Below are positions 59,870 to 64,000 of a stretch of DNA of 64,000 nt, piece by piece. The notes beneath the pieces are model-generated. The model was not told the origin of the DNA. It searched no databases and saw only the letters and a list, made by a program, of their open reading frames with translations. Positions within the stretch are counted from its first letter, which is position 1, and the number at the start of each line of letters is the position of its first letter. This stretch comes from a virus (lineage: Duplodnaviria > Caudoviricetes), in IMG/VR virus record IMGVR_UViG_3300043436_004623, positions 17,298 through 81,297 of that record; one strand, written 5' to 3'. The position numbers and the translations under genes were made by a program.

Positions 59870-59976
59870 GTGAAGAACTGCATGACATAGTTGCAAGCGC
59901 CGTGTGCTTTACTACTACGCTTGTAGTAGTATGGCACATTGTGCATAGCATAACTACATTGCCACTGCCTCTGTAA
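59866..59976 (+). CDS. 36-aa hydrophobic peptide
   Basis: ATGA overlap with the previous stop; its stop codon lies in the first bases of repeat element 1. Confidence 0.4.
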   Translation: MSEELHDIVASAVCFTTTLVVVWHIVHSITTLPLPL

Positions 59977-60049
59977 CTCGTTGAGAATGAGTGAGTTACG
60001 GGCGGGGGCGGGGCCGCGCCCCGTAACTCGTTGAAAATCAATGAGTTAT
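59973..60049. repeat. Palindromic repeat element 1 (27-bp palindrome, 23-bp GC core, 27-bp palindrome); core inverted relative to elements 2-4
   Basis: GTAACTC-N13-GAGTTAC, GGGCGGGGGCGGGGCCGCGCCCC, GTAACTC-N13-GAGTTAT. Confidence 0.95.
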
Positions 60050-60165
60050 GTTTTTCGCTTCTTTATCATAAATAATCAATCTGTCAAGAAAAAAGTGCGA
60101 AAAATAAAAAATAAAAAATGAAAAAAGATGTTGCATTTTATCGGTTCCGAGGTTATTCTTTGCGC

Positions 60166-60228
60166 ACGAGCTTCGGGTACTCGCTAAATCACTCTAGAGA
60201 GTTGAGCATCTCTTAAAACTGCTCACCA
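60166..60228 (+). ncRNA. Candidate small structured RNA with H-type pseudoknot
   Basis: Promoter TTGCAT-17-TATTCT (60131-60159) with no ATG downstream; hairpin CGAG/CTCG; pseudoknot AGAGA/TCTCT plus TGAGCA/TGCTCA with loop TAAAAC. Confidence 0.6.
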
Positions 60229-60294
60229 CTTTCCAAGCTGAAAAAAAACGAAAATTTTTCTTGCTACACTCCGAAAATCTGCTAACTTTCTCTC

Positions 60295-60522
60295 ATGACC
60301 AACACCACTACCACCGCCGCCTTGTTCCGCGCCACTAAAAACTTTACTGTTGCTTACTGGCACAGCAAGCACACCACCAAAATCACCAAGGGCGAAACGA
60401 TCATGCCAAACGAAAATTTCCGCATCTTGAATGGCTTCTTCTTCTGGGTTGAGCGCGTGAGCAATGAGCAAACCACGCAAATGACAAAACCCTTGCCAGT
60501 CGAATTGATCGAAGAAATCTGA
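60295..60522 (+). CDS. 75-aa early protein
   Basis: ORF track; own leaderless promoter. Confidence 0.8.
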   Translation: MTNTTTTAALFRATKNFTVAYWHSKHTTKITKGETIMPNENFRILNGFFFWVERVSNEQTTQMTKPLPVELIEEI

Positions 60523-60565
60523 AAATTTTTCTTGCCATTCTCTCAAAATAAACTAACTTTCTCTC

Positions 60566-60700
60566 ATGTCCATTGACCAACTCACCCACACCGATTCAGT
60601 CGAACTGCTCGCCGCATTTCACGAAGCCGCAACGCAAGCCATGTATGAGTGGCAAGCCGAACAAGCCGCCGAATACTTTTCTTCACTTCTTGAAAAATAA
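60566..60700 (+). CDS. 44-aa helical acidic early protein (MSIDQLTHTDSVELL...)
   Basis: Manual translation; own promoter. Confidence 0.7.
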   Translation: MSIDQLTHTDSVELLAAFHEAATQAMYEWQAEQAAEYFSSLLEK

Positions 60701-60741
60701 AAGTTGACGCAACACAAAAAAAATCTTACTCTTTCCCCGAC

Positions 60742-60891
60742 ATGAACACCACCGAATATAAAGAAATGTTTGCCAAGGTTCAAGCTGGCCAAATCACTCA
60801 ACAAGTCTGGTTTGACTACTGCTTCCAACAATTGAGCCAAATCATGGAAGACAACAAGGATGTTTTCATCCGCTTAAAAAATCGCGGATAA
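60742..60891 (+). CDS. 49-aa early protein (MNTTEYKEMFAKVQAGQIT...)
   Basis: Manual translation; own promoter. Confidence 0.7.
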   Translation: MNTTEYKEMFAKVQAGQITQQVWFDYCFQQLSQIMEDNKDVFIRLKNRG

Positions 60892-60965
60892 TAAAAAAAT
60901 AAATTGACACAATCCGAAAAATCTGCCATACTTCTCCCGCAACAATAAACAAAACAAAGCACACC

Positions 60966-61220
60966 ATGAACATAAACTACCAAGCATCCGCACTTGAAAT
61001 CGCAAACGCACTCGTCGGCAAAACCGTTCGCTACTTTGCGAATGATTCCAAAATCAAAAATGATGGCGTTCGCGTCTTCAAAGTTGAAGCAGTCGATCAT
61101 GTTTCGATTGGCAAAAAATCGGGTCGTCGTTATGTCACTATCCTTGCCAAGGATGTTGACGATGGCGGCGAAAGCAAGCATCGCAACCTTCACCTCGCGG
61201 GAATCGATCTCGTGGTGTGA
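60966..61220 (+). CDS. 84-aa beta-rich early protein
   Basis: ORF track; promoter TTGACA-17-CATACT at 60904-60932 and A/C-rich leader. Confidence 0.8.
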   Translation: MNINYQASALEIANALVGKTVRYFANDSKIKNDGVRVFKVEAVDHVSIGKKSGRRYVTILAKDVDDGGESKHRNLHLAGIDLVV

Positions 61221-61258
61221 GTGGTGAAGGGTGCTGGGCATCACACTAAAAGGCCCAC
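61213..61258 (+). ncRNA. Second H-type pseudoknot related to the 60196-60226 one, overlapping a stop codon
   Basis: GTGTGA/TCACAC plus TGGGC/GCCCA with loop TAAAA. Confidence 0.5.
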
Positions 61259-61283
61259 TTTGTCAACCCTAAAAAATAAAAAA

Positions 61284-61448
61284 ATGAAATCCGCCGTTCT
61301 TTGTCTTTTCTTTTCTTCTTTACACATTGCAATTTTTTCGATTGTGCAAGCGTATGACATCATACCACACGATCTAAACTTTATTGTTTTTTGGCTTTGC
61401 CTCGCGTTGACTTGGGCAGGGTGCTTCAAAAGCGCATTGCAAGAATAA
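61284..61448 (+). CDS. 54-aa two-helix membrane protein
   Basis: In frame with ORF 61221..61448; start at ATG after an A-tract; two hydrophobic stretches. Confidence 0.6.
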   Translation: MKSAVLCLFFSSLHIAIFSIVQAYDIIPHDLNFIVFWLCLALTWAGCFKSALQE

Positions 61449-61459
61449 TTTTTCGGGCA

Positions 61460-61505
61460 TGGGTGAAAAGTCGCGCCTCTGTGGTAGGGGGCGCGACTAC
61501 ACCCA
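61460..61505. terminator. Strong GC hairpin ending an early transcription unit (no U-tract)
   Basis: TGGGTG-AAA-AGTCGCGCCTCT/AGGGGGCGCGACT-A-CACCCA. Confidence 0.5.
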
Positions 61506-61511
61506 AAAGTC

Positions 61512-61572
61512 ATAACCGCTTGAAAATGAGCGAGTTACGGGGCGCGGCCCCGCCGCCGCCCGTAACTGTCAA
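61512..61572. repeat. Palindromic repeat element 2 (right palindrome truncated to GTAACTGTCAA)
   Basis: ATAACCGCTTGAAAATGAGCGAGTTAC, GGGGCGCGGCCCCGCCGCCGCCC, GTAACT. Confidence 0.95.
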
Positions 61573-61661
61573 GAAAAAAATGCAATTTTCTGAAAGTTTT
61601 TTTTTCTGCAAAAAGTGAAAATTTTTCTTGCGATATCGCGGGGATGTGATAACTTTCTTGC

Positions 61662-61799
61662 ATGACTGACAGCAACACCACCCCCGACACAGAAAACCAC
61701 AACGGAACTTTCGGCTTGAATGATCGCCCATCTTTCAGCGACAGCGAAGACTTTGGCTTGTTCGGTTGGTTGGGCGAAGAAGAGCAGGAAGAAAAATAA
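61662..61799 (+). CDS. 45-aa acidic early peptide (MTDSNTTPDTENH...)
   Basis: Manual translation; own promoter. Confidence 0.65.
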   Translation: MTDSNTTPDTENHNGTFGLNDRPSFSDSEDFGLFGWLGEEEQEEK

Positions 61800-61846
61800 G
61801 TAAACTTTTTTCTTGCTTAAATCATCCAATCAACTATCTTTCTCTC

Positions 61847-62002
61847 ATGTCTACCACATCACTCATCATCGCCATCGACAACCTCCGCAAGCAACTTGAA
61901 CTTTGCGAAGACTTCTCCGATTGGGAAGGTTGCGAAAGAATCGAAGAAGAAATTTCTTCTCTTGAAGCAATACTGGAAGAAAAGAATTTGACAGAAGCAT
62001 GA
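61847..62002 (+). CDS. 51-aa acidic helical-hairpin early protein (MSTTSLIIAIDNLRKQL...)
   Basis: In frame with ORF 61766..62002; start fixed by promoter geometry. Confidence 0.75.
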   Translation: MSTTSLIIAIDNLRKQLELCEDFSDWEGCERIEEEISSLEAILEEKNLTEA

Positions 62003-62121
62003 AAACCATCACCATCACCATCCAACCCGCAAAGCCTCGCATCCGCTTTGCCCCTGCAACGATTCGCTTTGTAGACAAAAAGAAAAAACAAAAAAAAGAA
62101 TCTTGCAGAAATAAAAATTGA
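61999..62121 (+). CDS. 40-aa highly basic peptide (MKTITITIQPAKPRIRFAPATIRFVDKKKKQKKESCRNKN)
   Basis: Manual translation; ATGA overlap with the previous stop. Confidence 0.55.
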   Translation: MKTITITIQPAKPRIRFAPATIRFVDKKKKQKKESCRNKN

Positions 62122-62155
62122 CAACCCGCCCCAAAAACTTTATCTTTCTCCCGCC

Positions 62156-62329
62156 ATGAAAAACGCAATACTCGAAAGCCTCTTCCTTCTTTCCTGCTCC
62201 ATCCTTTGCGGCTCTGGACTTTTCCTCATTGAATGCCCTGCTTGGTTGCAAAATAGTTTCCTTGCAATGATGGTTGCCCCAAGTCTCTGGTTTATTCCTA
62301 AAAGAATTTTCATCGAAATGAAAAAATAA
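62156..62329 (+). CDS. 57-aa membrane protein (MKNAILESLFLLSCSILCG...)
   Basis: Manual translation; own promoter TTGACA-17-TATCTT. Confidence 0.65.
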   Translation: MKNAILESLFLLSCSILCGSGLFLIECPAWLQNSFLAMMVAPSLWFIPKRIFIEMKK

Positions 62330-62368
62330 GTTGATAATCTCGAAAAAAAATCTTACTCTTTCCCCGCC

Positions 62369-62578
62369 ATGAAATACACCATAACACGCAACGCATTCGC
62401 CACCACCTACCGCACACCCTTGTTTGATCTTAAGATCCACAAGTTCATGAAGCATCCTCGCCCACTTTTGGTTTTCAGCGATGGACGCGAGGCCGCTAGC
62501 GTTTTTGTTGACAGAAAACAAAGCGCCGATCTTCTGCGAAATAAGTTTAAAAACCACATTGACAGACGCAACGCATAA
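62369..62578 (+). CDS. 69-aa basic early protein
   Basis: ORF track; own promoter TTGATA-17-TACTCT. Confidence 0.8.
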   Translation: MKYTITRNAFATTYRTPLFDLKIHKFMKHPRPLLVFSDGREAASVFVDRKQSADLLRNKFKNHIDRRNA

Positions 62579-62594
62579 CTAAAAACTCTTTCTG

Positions 62595-62696
62595 TCACCC
62601 GATAGATCGGTACGCCAGCACTAACGCTTGACGAGGTACAAGTACTTGAGCGAATAGGCTGGGTGGACGAGGTTCGACTCCTCGCGGGTGAGACCA
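62595..62696 (+). ncRNA. tRNA-like / tmRNA-TLD-like RNA lacking an anticodon loop
   Basis: Acceptor TCACCCG/CGGGTGA, T arm CGAGG-TTCGACT-CCTCG, encoded 3' CCA, stemless 13-nt D region, long irregular helix in place of the anticodon arm. Confidence 0.75.
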
Positions 62697-62717
62697 CTCA
62701 AACACAAAACAAAAAAA

Positions 62718-63071
62718 ATGAAATCATATATCATCATCCTTGCTGAAATTCTTTTAGTTATCATCTTTGCATCTGCTATGCCGATTGCTCTTTATGCTGG
62801 AGGACAAAACGAACTTGCTCTTTACTCTACTTATATCTTCGGAGCAATCATTCTTTGGTTTTCTATTGTTATGATACATTTAGAATACATTTCCCGAAAA
62901 GTTGGAAAAGAAGATAAACTGGAAAGGGCGAGACATCTTGGATACATACATGGACTAAAAGAAGGTGTTGACAATAACCCTTTTAAGGATGACACGGAAA
63001 GGCATGTGTATCGTTTGGGATACGATGCTGGCGTTTCCGAGTACTGCAGAGTGGCGCATCCAGAAGATTAA
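62718..63071 (+). CDS. 117-aa membrane protein with two N-terminal helices and a soluble C-terminal domain
   Basis: In frame with ORF 62688..63071; ATG after an A/C-rich leader; C-terminal ARHLGYIHG...NNPF...YRLGYDAG. Confidence 0.75.
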   Translation: MKSYIIILAEILLVIIFASAMPIALYAGGQNELALYSTYIFGAIILWFSIVMIHLEYISRKVGKEDKLERARHLGYIHGLKEGVDNNPFKDDTERHVYRLGYDAGVSEYCRVAHPED

Positions 63072-63083
63072 GCTTGACAAGTC

Positions 63084-63144
63084 GTAACTCGTTGAAACCC
63101 AGCGAGTTACGGGGCGCGGCCCCGCCGCCAGCCGTAACTGTCAA
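63084..63144. repeat. Palindromic repeat element 3 (right palindrome truncated)
   Basis: GTAACTCGTTGAAACCCAGCGAGTTAC, GGGGCGCGGCCCCGCCGCCAGCC, GTAACTGTCAA. Confidence 0.95.
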
Positions 63145-63232
63145 GAAAAAAATGCGGTTTTGTGAAACTTTTTTTCTCATAAAAAATGATTTTTTTTGTT
63201 GCGTTTCGAGCGAATTGTGATAACTTTCTTAC

Positions 63233-63439
63233 ATGTCCAACACGACCACCACCACCCGCCCTCGCATCAACACTCTTGTTCAATTCACCTATTGCGGAAT
63301 GAATCTGACTGGAAGCGTCACCGACCGCGACACTCTCGACGGCGCGTTCATTATCATTTACCGCGACCCATACTGCGGCGACCGCTGCACGGTTGCATCG
63401 AGCCGAGTTGAAAATCTGAAAATTTTTCACGGAAAATAA
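63233..63439 (+). CDS. 68-aa early protein, paralog of 59247..59441
   Basis: ORF track; own promoter; clear sequence similarity to the paralog. Confidence 0.85.
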   Translation: MSNTTTTTRPRINTLVQFTYCGMNLTGSVTDRDTLDGAFIIIYRDPYCGDRCTVASSRVENLKIFHGK

Positions 63440-63483
63440 AAAGTTTTTCTTGCGTTTCTCTTAAAATCCATTAATCTACTCCC

Positions 63484-63687
63484 ATGTCCAACACCTACCA
63501 CGCCACCGAAGTTTCCCCCGAAGAATACACCGCCACTCTTGCGGAAGCCGCCGAGCTTGCGCTCGCGGACTACCACGCGCACCTCGACCAGCTTGAGGCC
63601 CAGCGCCAGCCCGACGATTCGGATTGGAACTACCACCCCGAAGACGACTACAACGAATACACGATGGGCTACGATGGCGGCTTCTGA
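63484..63687 (+). CDS. 67-aa very acidic early protein
   Basis: ORF track; own promoter; D/E-rich with spaced Tyr/Trp. Confidence 0.8.
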   Translation: MSNTYHATEVSPEEYTATLAEAAELALADYHAHLDQLEAQRQPDDSDWNYHPEDDYNEYTMGYDGGF

Positions 63688-63704
63688 GTCGCCCCATCGC
63701 CTTT

Positions 63705-63781
63705 CTAACTCATTGAAAACAAGCGAGTTACGGGGCGCGGCCCCGCCCCCGCCCGTAACTCATTCAAAACCAATGACTTAC
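63705..63781. repeat. Palindromic repeat element 4 (complete)
   Basis: CTAACTCATTGAAAACAAGCGAGTTAC, GGGGCGCGGCCCCGCCCCCGCCC, GTAACTCATTCAAAACCAATGACTTAC. Confidence 0.95.
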
Positions 63782-63801
63782 AGCGGCCCATGTAGTCTAT
63801 T

Positions 63802-63902
63802 AGCTATTAACTGATTTGCTATTTGCTATTTTGCTATTTGCTACTGTTGATTTGTCAATAACAAAATTGCAGTTTGATTTGTCAAGAAGAAAATTGCAGT
63901 TT
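63802..63902. repeat. GCTATT micro-repeats followed by a tandem 27-bp-period direct repeat
   Basis: About five GCTA(T/C)T units; TGATTTGTCAA-N5-AAATTGCAGTTT at 63848-63875 and 63875-63902. Confidence 0.8.
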
Positions 63903-63952
63903 ATTCTGAAAATAAAATTTGACACCTCGCGTCTTTGTGTTAAGTTTCCCCC

Positions 63953-64000
63953 ATGCAAATCATTAACCACATCCTGTCACTATTCACACGCGACCGCAAA
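63953..64000 (+). CDS. Early protein, truncated by window end (MQIINHILSLFTRDRK...)
   Basis: TTGACA-16-TAAGTT-6 nt-ATG. Confidence 0.65.
   Translation, partial: MQIINHILSLFTRDRK

Larger units (their letters stand above)
58787..63952 (+). promoter_or_regulatory. Array of about 15 sigma70-like promoters with A/T UP tracts, ten giving leaderless mRNAs
   Basis: TTG(C/T/A)nn-16-TAAnnT or TATCTT-6 nt-ATG at starts 58821, 59045, 59247, 60295, 60566, 61662, 61847, 63233, 63484, 63953; TTGAnn-17/18-TA(C/T)nnT-8/9 nt-ATG at 60742, 62156, 62369; others at 60131 and 60904. Confidence 0.85.

Noticed and set aside
62620-62657. Bulge-helix-bulge intron in a true tRNA
   Set aside because: A 4-bp helix and a 3-nt bulge are present, but the second bulge is not strict and splicing would leave a 14-nt loop without U33, not an anticodon loop
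59973-63781. Repeat elements as a CRISPR array
   Set aside because: Only four units, separated by 0.6-1.5 kb of genes rather than 25-45 nt spacers; mixed orientation; no cas genes
58579-63814. Many minus-strand and overlapping ORFs from the ORF track (e.g. 59048, 59697, 60223, 60816, 61241, 62015, 62407, 63107, 63476, 63539)
   Set aside because: They are shadows of plus-strand promoter-driven cassettes or read through repeats and A/T tracts; no supporting promoter or start context
1-64000. Alternative genetic code (stop-codon reassignment)
   Set aside because: Long genes are intact and tightly packed under the standard code, with both TAA and TGA used as stops; no suppressor tRNA seen

Overview
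About 64 kb of a large, AT-rich, tailed (siphovirus-like) dsDNA phage genome in the standard genetic code, with no integrase, reverse transcriptase or CRISPR visible. (i) 1-10.7 kb: minus-strand nucleotide-sugar and glycosylation island (4,6-dehydratase, DdhC/RfbH-type 3-dehydratase, split ThDP E1 alpha/beta pair, SDR, several glycosyltransferases, methyltransferase). (ii) 10.8-18.9 kb: nrdA/nrdB, dUTPase, dNMP kinase, sigma factor, SSB, LAGLIDADG endonuclease, Hsp20. (iii) 18.9-58.5 kb: virion module (tail fibres, four tail-tube-fold paralogs, a 2728-aa tape measure protein with inserted domains, neck, capsid, protease/scaffold, portal, intein-containing terminase, second sigma factor, PhoH). 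A GTGTAA hexamer sits just upstream of ten operon-leading genes. (iv) 58.6-64 kb: a compositionally distinct early-type region of tiny genes. Most have their own sigma70-like promoter placed so that the mRNA is leaderless. The region is punctuated by four copies of a palindromic repeat element and contains candidate structured RNAs (a tRNA/tmRNA-like molecule with no anticodon and two related H-type pseudoknots). All functional calls come from motif recognition by eye; no database search was run.
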